Assembly (NCBI GenBank): GCA_038321865.1
Contig: JBBQFH010000007.1
Coordinates: 1-64,000 of the forward strand
DNA length: 64,000 nucleotides
Source: Gemmatimonadales bacterium
GTDB taxonomy: Bacteria; Gemmatimonadota; Gemmatimonadetes; Gemmatimonadales; GWC2-71-9
Direction of reading: 5' to 3'
The notes under the pieces were generated by a model. That model made no database searches and was not told the origin of the DNA. It was given only the letters and a program-made list of their open reading frames with translations. Below are positions 29,990-39,697 of this stretch, one piece after another. The first letter of the stretch is position 1. Each line of letters opens with the position of its first letter. Position numbers and translations under genes: made by a program.

Positions 29990-30862
29990 TCACGCCCGCC
30001 GGAGTGTGAAAATCGGGAGCTCCGGGGGACAGAACAGGCGTGCCCGGATGGATGCGGTACCGATCCCGCGCGTCACGTACGTCGGTGCAAGCCCGTCGAC
30101 GTACCAGCCGCTCACGTATCGGCCGGAGCCGGGCGGGGTCACGAGGGTGATGCCCGGCAGCCGGATCTGACCGCCATGCGTGTGCCCGCAAAGAATGAAG
30201 GCGGGTTTCCGAGTGGTCATCGGAAGGGTGTCGAGATAGGCCGGCGCGTGGATCAGCCAGATCTCGACACCCCCATCATGGGCCAGCGCGCGAGCGGGAT
30301 CGGGTGCTCCGAGGACGGGGTCGTCGAATCCGGTGATCCTGAGCGCGGCACCACGTCGCGGCACCAGAACCGACGCGTTGTTGAGAAACGTCACGCCGGC
30401 CGCGGCATAGGCCGCGGACGCCGCCGCGCTTGAGACGCCCGCACGGTGCTCCCAGTTTCCCAGCACAGCGAGGGTATCGAGCGTTCCGCGCACGCGCGAG
30501 GCGAACTCGGTGAGCTGCGGGAGTGCGCTCGCGTGCTCGATGATGTCCCCGGTGATGACGACAATCTCCGGCCGCTCGCGTTCCACGGCCCTCGCCGCGT
30601 GCTCCGCCGCCGCCGGCGTGGCGGGCAGGTGGATGTCCGACACCTGCGCAATCCGGAGCCCGTCCAGCGCTCCTGGCAGGCCGGACACGAGCACATCATG
30701 ACGGGAGACATCCAGCCGGTACGGCTCGATCGCCCAGGCGTCGGTCAGGCCGGCGCCGATGGCGGCCATGCCGCCCGCAAGGAGCTCGCGGCGGCCGACG
30801 CGTCTGGTAGACGCGGACGGGCTGCGATAGCTTTCCGGTTCATCCATCACGTTGCGCTTCAT
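29990..30862 (-). CDS. Calcineurin-like metallophosphoesterase (YkuE-like), possibly Tat-exported
   Basis: GRRELL leader; SDIH, ITGD, LGNWE and GHTHGGQ motifs. Confidence 0.88.
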   Translation of the reverse strand: MKRNVMDEPESYRSPSASTRRVGRRELLAGGMAAIGAGLTDAWAIEPYRLDVSRHDVLVSGLPGALDGLRIAQVSDIHLPATPAAAEHAARAVERERPEIVVITGDIIEHASALPQLTEFASRVRGTLDTLAVLGNWEHRAGVSSAAASAAYAAAGVTFLNNASVLVPRRGAALRITGFDDPVLGAPDPARALAHDGGVEIWLIHAPAYLDTLPMTTRKPAFILCGHTHGGQIRLPGITLVTPPGSGRYVSGWYVDGLAPTYVTRGIGTASIRARLFCPPELPIFTLRRA

Positions 30863-30914
30863 CCTGCCTCAAGGCGCCCAGGCCATCACGCGCCGTCCGT
30901 ACCCGGAGTCGAAC

Positions 30915-33738
30915 ATGCGGATCCGCTTTTCCGGGCGCGCGTGCCGCGCTCGTGCCGTGCCGATTGTGCTCATGCTCGTGGTGGCCGGTGGCACACTGTC
31001 GGCGCAGGGGGGTGCCCCGGGCAACCGGTGAGCCGCGGGATTCTGCTGCGGGGCCCGGCTTCATGCCCGGCGCGCTGATCGACGCGCTCCCGGTCGACAG
31101 CGTAGGCGGTGCGCTGCTGCTCCAGCCGGGCGTCGGGCCCGGTGCTACCGGCGGACTCTCGCTGCGCGGGTCCGACGGCACCGAGTCGAGCGCCTACCTC
31201 GATGGCATCCCGGTGACGCCCGGCAGCCGCCGAGTGCGACTGATTCCGGGTACCAACGCCGTGTCGGACGCCGCGGTGCTGACGGGGCCGCTCAGCGCGG
31301 CCATCGGCAACGGCGACGCGGGTGCCGTCATTCTGCGAACGCGAAGCGTACGCGGCGCCCGGCTCAACTTCGAGACCGATGCCCCGCTGGGAGCGTCCAG
31401 CCTTGGCCTCAGCCGCGTCGAGGGCACGTTCGGCACCAGCCTCGGGCGGCGCCTGACGGTGTTCGCAGCCGCCACACTCAACGGGCAGAAGTCCGTCGAA
31501 CCGGGGTTCGGCGCCCGCAACGCGCCGATCTTCGTCCAGGCCGGGGTGGATACCACGGTGACCGTCGGGTCGGCCCAGGTCGACGTGTTCAACTACGCCG
31601 TGTCCCGCGGCAGCTGCGACCTGTTCGCGGCGAGCGCCAACGCCGGCATCGCCGACAACTATGGCCTCTCCTGCCATGGCGACCGCACGCCGCTGTCGGC
31701 GCAGTCGAGCCATCAGCTGCTGATGAAGGCGGAATATGGCACGGGCAGGTCGCAGATCGGGATCATGGCGCTCCGGAACCGCGATCAGGCCCGGCTGTTC
31801 GACTACCGCTCGTCCTACGTGCCCTCCACTGCGTTCGGCCAGAGCGCGACCAGCGACCTCCTCGCACTGACGCTCACGCACCAGCTCAGGGGCGACGGCA
31901 GCGTGCATGCGAGCCTGTCGCGCCAGGGCGACCGGCTGCTGGGCGGCCCACTCAGCCCGGATGGCGAGCTCGCCACCCGCGATCCGCGCCTGGGATTCAT
32001 GATCGGCCAGCTCGGATTTCAGTACGATTTCACCTCGTTCCCGGTGGACTCGGAGCTGATCAGCAACTATCGGAGCAACCTCCTGGGGAGCAGGCGCTCG
32101 CCGTACGATCTCGACAATACGGCCCAATACCAGACCATCTCGCAGTATCGCACCAACGCCTACGGCGCCACCGGGTTCGTCGAGGGCGGCGGCCCGGTCG
32201 GCCGGCTGACGCTGGAGCGCGAGCACCGGACAGTTGCCGCCGTCACCGCTGAATGGCCGGTCAGCCGGAACAGCCGCTTCCGGACCGGCGGAGAGCTCAC
32301 CCGCTATTCGGTCGATCACTATTCGCATCAGCTCACCAGCCAGGCATTCTCCGATGTGTACCACGTCGCGCCGACCGCATTGTCGCTGTTCGCCGAAGAC
32401 CAGTTTCAGTATGGGAACGTCACCTTCGCGGCGGGTGTGCGGTATGACCGGTTCTCGTCGAACGCCGATCGCGCATTCGACCTCGACACCGTTGCGTCCA
32501 GCGCCACCTTCAACACATACCTGCCCTTCCCGCGCATCACCAGCTACGAGGGGACATTCCAGGGCCAGCCGCTCGCGATCACTGTGCGGGACCAGCGGCG
32601 GTCCGCCGTGTCGCCGCGATTCCGACTCGCGTACGGGACGGGCTCGGCCACCGAAGTCCGGATCGGATATGCCCGCCAGGCGCAGCTGCCCGACTTCGAC
32701 CAGCTGTATGCGGGCATCAACACCGACATCGCAATCACGAATTTCGGCCAGACGTTCGGCGCGAGTATGGGACTGCAGAAGGCATGGATCGCGGAAGCCG
32801 GCGTGCGCCGCCGGCTCAGTCCCGCGACGACGGTGGACGTGGCGGTGTACGAGCGCCGGAACCTGAACGCCATCCAGGACCGGATCGTGCAGCGCCCCGA
32901 CCCGACGCGGCACAACTCGATCGCCGGGCTCCGGCAGTATGCCGATTCCGGCAACCTCCGCTATCGGGGCGCCGAGATCACGCTGTCCCGTCGCGCGGGC
33001 CCGCTGACCGGGCTGGCCGCCTACGCCTATCAGAAGAGCACCGGTGTCGGCCCAACCCAGCCACCGATGGCCGCCACCCGGCCGCACACGTTTACGGCGG
33101 CACTGGCGCTCACCGTCCGGAGCACGGCGGCCTACGCCGGATTCCGCATGGCGAGCGGCACACCGTACTCGAACTGTGAGACGTTGGGCAATGAGAGTGT
33201 GCTGAGCAACCAGGTCTGTAACCAGGGCCTGCTGGTACTCCTGGGCGCGCGCCTTCCCACCACCCGTCAGCTCGATCTCCGCCTCACCCAGTCCATCGGC
33301 AAAGGCACTCGTCCGATCACCGCGTACGTTGACGCCCGGAACCTGTTCAATACGCGCAATGTGGTGCTGGCCTATATCGTCACCGGGACGACGACCAGCC
33401 CGCTCGAGCAGCAGCTGGTATTCGCCGGAGACAGCGCCAGTCTGGCCAATGAGGCGACCGCCAACTCGATCTACCGCGCCGATGGCTCGGTCGACTTGAC
33501 GTTCGCGGGAGCGGGAACCGGCGGATGCGCCGGGTATGTCTCCAATGGCGGAAGTCCCGCGGCGCCAAACTGCATTTCACTCATCCGTGCCGAGCAGCGG
33601 TTTGGCAATGGCGACGGCGTATTCGATCTGGCGGAGCAGGGCCGTGCATCGAGCGCGCGATACGCCGTCGCCCGCGGCGAACAGGCGTTCACCACCGCAC
33701 CGAGGCGCGTCCGGATCGGCATCCAGGTCGGCCTCTAG
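30915..33738 (+). CDS. TonB-dependent-receptor-like outer membrane protein, frameshifted just after the signal peptide
   Basis: Plug-like LPVDSV/LQPGV/YLDGIPV, barrel motifs GVRYDRF and VSPR, C-terminal PRRVRIGIQVGL. The signal-peptide ORF 30915-31031 is in another frame and rejoins if the G6 at 31007-31012 is G5. Confidence 0.8.
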
Positions 33739-34538
33739 CGTTCGGGCGACTCGGACCGGCCTTCGTTCAATCGGCGGCCGAGCCGCGTGACCAGCCCTCT
33801 CGGCAGGAGGCGCGACGCGGTGACGGCGAGCCGGTTGGTCGCCCCCGGGACCACCAGCCGCTCACCCCGGAGCATTCCTTCGTAACCCGCGCGTGCCACC
33901 GCAGCCGCGCTCATCATGGGCTCCCGGCCGAGGAATCGCGCCGCACGCATGCGCGCGCGCGCCGCGAAGCCGGTCGCGGTCGGCCCCGGACAGAGCGTCG
34001 TCACGGTCACGCCCGAGCCATCCAGCTCCTCCGCAAGCGCCTCCGACCAGGAGAGCACGTACGCCTTGGTCGCGTAGTACACCGACATGTACGGCCCGGG
34101 CTGGAATGCGGCGACCGACGCGACGTTCAGGATCCGGCCTGCGCGGCGGGCCAGCATCGCGGGGAGGAGTGCCTTGGTCAGTTCCGTCGGTGCGGCGACG
34201 TTCAGCTCGATCATGGCCAGCTCATCGGCCAGCTTCGTTTCCGCAAATGCGCCGCCGCCGCCGAACCCCGCGTTGTTGACCAGCACACCCAGGTGAATGG
34301 CGGAACGGTGCAGCGTGTCGAGCAGTCGGCGCCGTTCGTCGGGCCGTGCCAGATCGGCCGGGATGCTCGTGACCGACGGCGCACCGATCGCCTGCAGCTC
34401 CGCGGCCGCGGCGGCCAGCGGCGCTTCGCGACGGGCGACGATCACGAGATCGGAGCCGCTCCGGGCGAGGCAGCGCGCCAGGTCCAGTCCAATGCCGGAT
34501 GAGGCACCGGTCCCCAGCGCGCCCGGCCGCGAGCTCAA
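33735..34538 (-). CDS. SDR oxidoreductase (DltE-like)
   Basis: TGASSGIG, LVNNAG, YYATK and LCPGPT motifs. Confidence 0.92.
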   Translation of the reverse strand: MSSRPGALGTGASSGIGLDLARCLARSGSDLVIVARREAPLAAAAAELQAIGAPSVTSIPADLARPDERRRLLDTLHRSAIHLGVLVNNAGFGGGGAFAETKLADELAMIELNVAAPTELTKALLPAMLARRAGRILNVASVAAFQPGPYMSVYYATKAYVLSWSEALAEELDGSGVTVTTLCPGPTATGFAARARMRAARFLGREPMMSAAAVARAGYEGMLRGERLVVPGATNRLAVTASRLLPRGLVTRLGRRLNEGRSESPER

Positions 34539-34792
34539 GGCGACCGGATGCGACGCGGCGCGCCGCCAGGCCGGGGCACAATGGCGGCGAGCGCCCGGAC
34601 CTCAAGGAGCGAGGCCCTGAGGGCGCGCGCGAGTGCCGCGAGCAGGAGCAGCAGCGAGCTGACGAGCGTGGAGCCGCTCCGGGGTGAAGGCCGCCGGCCG
34701 TGTCCGCGAGGCAGCAACACCCGCGGCGAATGCGAGGCGGAATAATCCGTTCGGGCCCGACGTCGCGCCAGTGGGCGCGCTGGATCCGTCAC
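34535..34792 (-). CDS. Possible small hypothetical protein (85 aa, one hydrophobic segment)
   Basis: GTGA overlap with the upstream stop and TTGA overlap with the SDR start. Composition is Arg/Pro-rich and unconvincing. Confidence 0.3.
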   Translation of the reverse strand: MTDPARPLARRRARTDYSASHSPRVLLPRGHGRRPSPRSGSTLVSSLLLLLAALARALRASLLEVRALAAIVPRPGGAPRRIRSP

Positions 34793-35388
34793 GGCGACCG
34801 TGCCGCCAGCGCCAGGTCGACGGTGCGGCGCCGCTGCACCATCGCGTTCTCCGGACCAGGAATTACGTAATCCTGCCAGTCCCCCCACGTGGCGACCAGC
34901 CGAAGGGGGCCGGCACCGGCCGGGACATCGAACCGCAGCCTGGTCGTGTAGCTGTCACCGGCGTTCAGCGGATCCTGCAGCGCGCCGCCGAGCGCGGCAT
35001 ACTCCTTCCCCGCGGCATCGCGGGCTCGAACGCGCAGGTGCGAAGGGTATTCCGGCTCCCGCCTGGCGTCGCTCCAGACTCGAAGCGTGACGGTCAGGCC
35101 CGTGTCCGATTTGACACCTACCACTGCGATGTGGAGGTGACAATCGAAGCCGCAGAATACCAGCGCGTCGCCAGGGGCAAGGCTGCGCCGAGGCGTCAGG
35201 ACCGGCCCCAGCAGCACGGCTGCTGCATAAAGGATCACCCACCCGCCGACGGCGGCCGCCGCGGACGCCGCCACGTGTCGGCGGTTGGTCGCCAGCCCGA
35301 TGACGATCACGATGGTGCCGACGGCGAGAATCGCCAGCGTGCCGAAGAACGCCAGCACACCGAGCATGCGCAGAAGCAGGGCGAGCAT
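34789..35388 (-). CDS. Hypothetical membrane protein with C-terminal Ig-like (DUF4352-like) region
   Basis: Start ATG 35388 overlaps the uppS stop. Two TM helices, then FCGFDCH and LNAGDSYTTRLRFDVP. Confidence 0.7.
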   Translation of the reverse strand: MLALLLRMLGVLAFFGTLAILAVGTIVIVIGLATNRRHVAASAAAAVGGWVILYAAAVLLGPVLTPRRSLAPGDALVFCGFDCHLHIAVVGVKSDTGLTVTLRVWSDARREPEYPSHLRVRARDAAGKEYAALGGALQDPLNAGDSYTTRLRFDVPAGAGPLRLVATWGDWQDYVIPGPENAMVQRRRTVDLALAARSP

Positions 35389-36167
35389 CAGAACCTCCGG
35401 GGGTGGGAGAGGGCGACGGCAGGTTCGGGACGACCGGACGGCGCGGGTGAAGACGGCACGCTCCCGAAGCGGCGTTGCCGCCCGCGGAAGTCGTCCAGCG
35501 CCGCGGCGAGATCGCGCGGTGCGAAGTCCGGCCACATACGGGTCGTGAAGTGGAGCTCGGCGTAGGCGCATTCCCAGAGCAGGAAATCGCTGAGGCGTTG
35601 CTCGCCGCCGGTGCGAATGAGCAGGTCGACGGGGGGTGTGGTGCCGCCGTGGTCCACGATCGACAGGAGCCGGCCGAACGATTCGCGCGAGGGAACCGTC
35701 TCGGGCGGCAGGCATTGCGCCGCGCGCAGGATCGCGTCGCGCGCCGAATAGTCCATGGCGATCCGGAGGTGCAGGCGGTGGCCGCCCGCGGTCGCCCGTT
35801 CTGCCGCTTCGACGGCGCGCAGCACCGGGCCGGGCATTCGGTCGCGCCGGCCGATGACGTTGAGCCGGACTCCGGTCACCACGCAGCGGGCGGCTTCGGC
35901 GCGCAGGTATTCCCGAAAGAGGCGCATCAGCCGCGCGACCTCGCGCTCGGGTCGCTGCCAGTTGTCCGCCGAGAAGGCGAAGAGCGTGAGCGTGCCGATT
36001 CCCTCGCCGGGCGCCGCCTCGACAGTGCGCCGCACCGCGGCCGCACCCTCCCGGTGGCCGGCCGCCCGGGGCAGCCCCTGGGCCGTCGCCCAGCGGCCGT
36101 TGCCGTCCATGATGACGCCCACGTGCAGTCCCGCCGGCGGCAGCGGGCGACAAGTGCTTTGTTTCAT
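35388..36167 (-). CDS. uppS: cis-prenyltransferase (undecaprenyl/decaprenyl diphosphate synthase)
   Basis: [48 protein letters not shown]. Confidence 0.94.
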   Translation of the reverse strand: MKQSTCRPLPPAGLHVGVIMDGNGRWATAQGLPRAAGHREGAAAVRRTVEAAPGEGIGTLTLFAFSADNWQRPEREVARLMRLFREYLRAEAARCVVTGVRLNVIGRRDRMPGPVLRAVEAAERATAGGHRLHLRIAMDYSARDAILRAAQCLPPETVPSRESFGRLLSIVDHGGTTPPVDLLIRTGGEQRLSDFLLWECAYAELHFTTRMWPDFAPRDLAAALDDFRGRQRRFGSVPSSPAPSGRPEPAVALSHPRRF

Positions 36168-36171
36168 AAAG
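36151..36171. promoter_or_regulatory. Candidate operator copy 2 (CTTTG-N5-TAAAG) over the uppS start codon
   Basis: CAAGTGCTTTGTTTCATAAAG, 15/21 identical to 37204-37224. Confidence 0.55.
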
Positions 36172-36197
36172 TTGCTCCTCAAAAAAAACCTCGGCGC

Positions 36198-36584
36198 TCA
36201 GCGCTCGCGCGTCGCCCGAATCAGTGCTTCCATGTGGTCGAGATACCGGGCCAGCGCGGTGCAGCCTTTGGCGCTGAGCCGGTAGACCGTCCGCGGCAGG
36301 CGGCCCTCGAACGACTTGGTGCAGGTGATGTAGCCCGCGTCCTCCAGCTTGCGGGCGTGCACGCTGAGGTTCCCGTCCGTGGTGTCGAGCAGCCGCTTGA
36401 GGTCGTTGAACGCCAGCGACTCGTTCACGGCCAGCGCGCTGACGATCGCCAGGCGCATCCGTTCGTGAATCAGCCGGTCCAGGTCCAGGGCGCCGGCCTC
36501 GCGACCTGGGCCCTTGACCCCCTTCAGCGGCGCCGGTCCAGGTGCGGCGCCGACCTTCCGAAGCGCGCTCGATCTAGCCACCAT
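36198..36584 (-). CDS. Winged-helix transcriptional regulator (ArsR/MarR-like, HTH_34 type)
   Basis: LDRLIHERMRLAI, TDGNLSVHARKLEDAGYI and RTVYRLS. Confidence 0.9.
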   Translation of the reverse strand: MVARSSALRKVGAAPGPAPLKGVKGPGREAGALDLDRLIHERMRLAIVSALAVNESLAFNDLKRLLDTTDGNLSVHARKLEDAGYITCTKSFEGRLPRTVYRLSAKGCTALARYLDHMEALIRATRER

Positions 36585-37179
36585 GCCTCTGTGCGATCAC
36601 GAGTCCAAAAATCACGTGCAGTGCGCCGAAGCCGAACGCCATCCACGCGGTGCCCCCCGCTGGGAACAGGAGCGCTCCGATCCCGACGCCCATGAAGCAC
36701 AGCCCCATTAACGGCACGATCCGGATGGAGAATGCTCCGCCGGTCACGACGCCCGTCCCGTAGAGCAGGAGCCACATCCCCGGGAGGTCGGCGCGGAGGC
36801 CGCCGCGGTACAGCACGACCGTCATCACCGCCCCGACGACGATCGGCGGCGTGTAACTCAGCAGGAACCGCCGGGCCGGCCGGGTGAAGATCGCGGCGCT
36901 GGCCCGACGGGACTTCCGGGCCAGCGCGATCCAGCCCACCGCCGCCGCCACGATCGCTTCCGCCATCCACACCAGCAGCCAGCTGTGCGCGTCACGCCGC
37001 GTGGCCGCCACGACCGAGGCCGCGAGCGCCGTCACCCCCATCGCCACCCCGCCCCACCCCGGCACTGCCGTGAACGCGGTCGCCCGCTCCATGGTGTCGC
37101 GGATGAAGGAGAGGTTGTCCATCGCCCGCGCGTGGAGCGCGGGCGGGTCCTCGGGAGGCTGCTGGTGCGGCAGGGCCAT
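36574..37179 (-). CDS. Hypothetical multi-pass membrane protein
   Basis: N-terminal AMDNLSFIRDTMERA and ~6 TM helices. Overlaps the regulator start. Confidence 0.8.
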   Translation of the reverse strand: MALPHQQPPEDPPALHARAMDNLSFIRDTMERATAFTAVPGWGGVAMGVTALAASVVAATRRDAHSWLLVWMAEAIVAAAVGWIALARKSRRASAAIFTRPARRFLLSYTPPIVVGAVMTVVLYRGGLRADLPGMWLLLYGTGVVTGGAFSIRIVPLMGLCFMGVGIGALLFPAGGTAWMAFGFGALHVIFGLVIAQRHGG

Positions 37180-37203
37180 GAGCTCCGCGGGCTAGGGGTG
37201 CAT

Positions 37204-37244
37204 CAAGTACTTTGCAGTGTAAAGCTGCAGGCCCCGCGGCGCAA
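37204..37244 (-). promoter_or_regulatory. Sigma70 promoter with overlapping palindromic operator (copy 1)
   Basis: Minus strand TTGCGC-17-TACACT. The -10 lies inside the near-palindrome CTTTACA-C-TGCAAAG. Confidence 0.6.
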
Positions 37245-37252
37245 GCCCCCGC

Positions 37253-37699
37253 TCACGCCGCCAGCGCTGACGTGCACTCGGGGCAGCGGCTCGCCCCCAC
37301 GGGAATCGGCATTCGGCAGAAGGGACAGTCCTTCGTGGTCGGGGCCGCCGCGGCCTCGGCTGGGCGCAGACGGTTGGCCGCGCGCACCACCATGAACACC
37401 GCGAACGCCACGATCAGGAAGGTCACGATGTTGTTGATGAAAGCGCCGTAGTTGACCGTAACGGCCCCGGCGGCCTGTGCGTCGGCGAGGGAGGCGTACG
37501 GTGGGGCCGTTTTCCCTTCCTTCAGCACCGTGAACAGATTCTTGAAGTCCACCCGCCCCAGCGCCAGTCCGATCGGAGGCATGATCACGTCGTCGACCAT
37601 CGACTTGACCACGGTGCCGAATGCGCCGCCGATGATGATGCCGATAGCCAGGTCGAGCACGTTGCCCCGCATCGCGAACGCCTTGAACTCCTTGAACAT
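37253..37699 (-). CDS. mscL: Large-conductance mechanosensitive channel with C-terminal zinc ribbon
   Basis: FKEFKAFAMRGNVLDLAIGIIIGGAF and YGAFI, ending CPFC...CPEC. Confidence 0.95.
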   Translation of the reverse strand: MFKEFKAFAMRGNVLDLAIGIIIGGAFGTVVKSMVDDVIMPPIGLALGRVDFKNLFTVLKEGKTAPPYASLADAQAAGAVTVNYGAFINNIVTFLIVAFAVFMVVRAANRLRPAEAAAAPTTKDCPFCRMPIPVGASRCPECTSALAA

Positions 37700-37723
37700 G
37701 CTGCCTCCTCTGGGGCGGGGACG

Positions 37724-38104
37724 TCAGCGCACCGGTTCCGGGTGCCTGATCAGGTAGGCCTTGGCATCATCCATATCATCGAACGACTTCAGCTGACGAC
37801 CGGTGAGGTGCATGAGAGTGTTGAATACCACCTTCATGAGGCCGGCCAGCCCGACCACGGCGCCGGCGCGCACATATGGCTTGTTGTGCTCCACCAGTTC
37901 CCGTATCGCCTTGAGGACACCGGAGTCGAAGTGTGAGCCCGTCACGTTGGTCAGCGTGAGCAGCGACCCGTCCGGCTGCTGGCGCCCGACCAGGGCGCGG
38001 GCCTCACTGACCGCCTCGATGGCCGACGACGGATCGGAGATGCCGGAGAAATCGAGCATGAGGATCTTGCGTCCCTCGAACTCGATGAACCGCGTGCGGC
38101 CCAT
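37724..38104 (-). CDS. Hypothetical protein, STAS/SEC14 (SpoIIAA-like) fold suspected
   Basis: Clean ORF with SD; LTLTNVT...AGAVVG...LKSFDDMDDAKAYL pattern. Confidence 0.7.
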   Translation of the reverse strand: MGRTRFIEFEGRKILMLDFSGISDPSSAIEAVSEARALVGRQQPDGSLLTLTNVTGSHFDSGVLKAIRELVEHNKPYVRAGAVVGLAGLMKVVFNTLMHLTGRQLKSFDDMDDAKAYLIRHPEPVR

Positions 38105-38146
38105 CAGGAGCGCTCCCGCCGTGTCGTGGAGTGAGGTACAGACCGG

Positions 38147-39577
38147 TTACGACGCGGCACTGGCTGCGACCGGATATCCGGCTGATTTCCAGGCGTTGAT
38201 GCCGCCGAGCAGGTCGACGACGTTGTCGATGCCGTGCGCGGTGAGCACGCTGGCCGCGATGGCGGAGCGACCGCCCGACTGACACTGAAGCACGACCATC
38301 CGGTCGCGCGGCACCGACTCGATCCGTTCAGCGAGCTGGCCCACCGGGATGTTCACCGCACCCGGCACGCGTTCTTCGGCGTATTCGGTCTGGGCCCGCA
38401 CATCCACCACCGCGACGTCACCCGCGCGCAGCCGCTCCGCCAGATCGGACACGGTGATGTGGCGGATCGAGCCGGCCGTGCCGCCCGCGGCCCAGCGCTC
38501 GAGCTCGTGGGTTCCGGCATATCCGACGATGCGGTCGAGCCCGATCATCGCGAGATCATGCACCGCGTCCCCGATGCCCTGCCTCCGGTCATCGGCCACG
38601 AGGTAGATGTCACGATCGAATGGCACGAGCCATCCTGCCCAGGTGCTGAAGCTCCGGTTGAGCGGGATGTTCAGGGAGCCGGGCAGGTGGGCCGCCGCGA
38701 AATTCGCCGCCGGACGGGTGTCCACCACCACCGCCCCGGCAGCCAGCGCGTCCACCAGGCGTTCCACACCGACGCGCACCGGATTCTGCAGCGCTCCGCG
38801 CATGCGGGGGCCGAGGCGGTTGATGCTCTTCATCGTCGCAAAGTAGGTTGGCGGCTCCGGCTGGCCGCCGAGCACCATGGCCACGAATTCATCCTCGTTC
38901 TCCACTGTGAGCGCCCAGTTGAAGAGCCGCTCATAGCCTAGCGTACTTTGCGGTACCGCGCTCAGCGACTTGCCACAGGCCGATCCGGCGCCATGCCCCG
39001 GCCAGATTTGGAGGTAATCGGGGAGAGCCATGAAGCGCTGAATGGAACGGAAGAGCTGGCGCGCAGAGCTCTCCATGGTGCCGGTGACCTTGACCGCCCG
39101 CTCGAGCAGGTCCGGCCGGCCGACATCCCCGACGAAGATGAAATCACCGGTGAAGGCGCCCATGGGCCGGTCGCCCGTCGCGGTGTCGGTCACCAGGAAG
39201 CTGAGGTGTTCCGGCGTGTGCCCGGGCGTATGCATCGCCTCGATCTGCACCGCGCCAACCCGGAAGGTGCTGCCATCCACCAGCAGCTGTGCCCCGGCCT
39301 CCCGCGCGAAGGCATACCGCCAGTCGTCTCCCCCTGCGTCCGACAGCATGAGCCGGGCGCCGGTCTGCGCTGCGAGTTCCCGGCTGCCCGAAACGAAGTC
39401 GGCGTGGATATGGGTTTCCGTGACGCAGCAGATCCGAAGATTCTCCGCCCGGGCCGCCTCGACATACTCCTCGTAGCCGCGGTTCGGGTCCACGACGAGC
39501 GCCTCGCCGCTGCGCGCGCAGCCGACCAGATAGCTCGCCTGCGCGAGCTTGGCGTCGTAGAACCGTCGAAAGATCAT
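38147..39577 (-). CDS. MBL-fold persulfide dioxygenase fused to two rhodanese domains (CstB-like)
   Basis: ETHIHADF, TPGHTPEH, FTGD, PGHGAGSACG and rhodanese CQSGGRS. Confidence 0.9.
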   Translation of the reverse strand: MIFRRFYDAKLAQASYLVGCARSGEALVVDPNRGYEEYVEAARAENLRICCVTETHIHADFVSGSRELAAQTGARLMLSDAGGDDWRYAFAREAGAQLLVDGSTFRVGAVQIEAMHTPGHTPEHLSFLVTDTATGDRPMGAFTGDFIFVGDVGRPDLLERAVKVTGTMESSARQLFRSIQRFMALPDYLQIWPGHGAGSACGKSLSAVPQSTLGYERLFNWALTVENEDEFVAMVLGGQPEPPTYFATMKSINRLGPRMRGALQNPVRVGVERLVDALAAGAVVVDTRPAANFAAAHLPGSLNIPLNRSFSTWAGWLVPFDRDIYLVADDRRQGIGDAVHDLAMIGLDRIVGYAGTHELERWAAGGTAGSIRHITVSDLAERLRAGDVAVVDVRAQTEYAEERVPGAVNIPVGQLAERIESVPRDRMVVLQCQSGGRSAIAASVLTAHGIDNVVDLLGGINAWKSAGYPVAASAAS

Positions 39578-39697
39578 CGGGGCGGATCCTGGCTCGGATT
39601 GGAGGTGTCCTGGTTACCCCAACGTGCGGTTGCCGCGGCGCGAGGGCAAGCTCACGGACAATTTAACATCGGAGCCGCCGGGGCGTCCCCAGCTCAT

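Noticed and set aside
34510..34520. ALGTGASSGIG instead of the usual ALVTG in the SDR
   Set aside because: Single-base difference (GTG to GGG). The rest of the enzyme is intact, so it is a polymorphism or an error.
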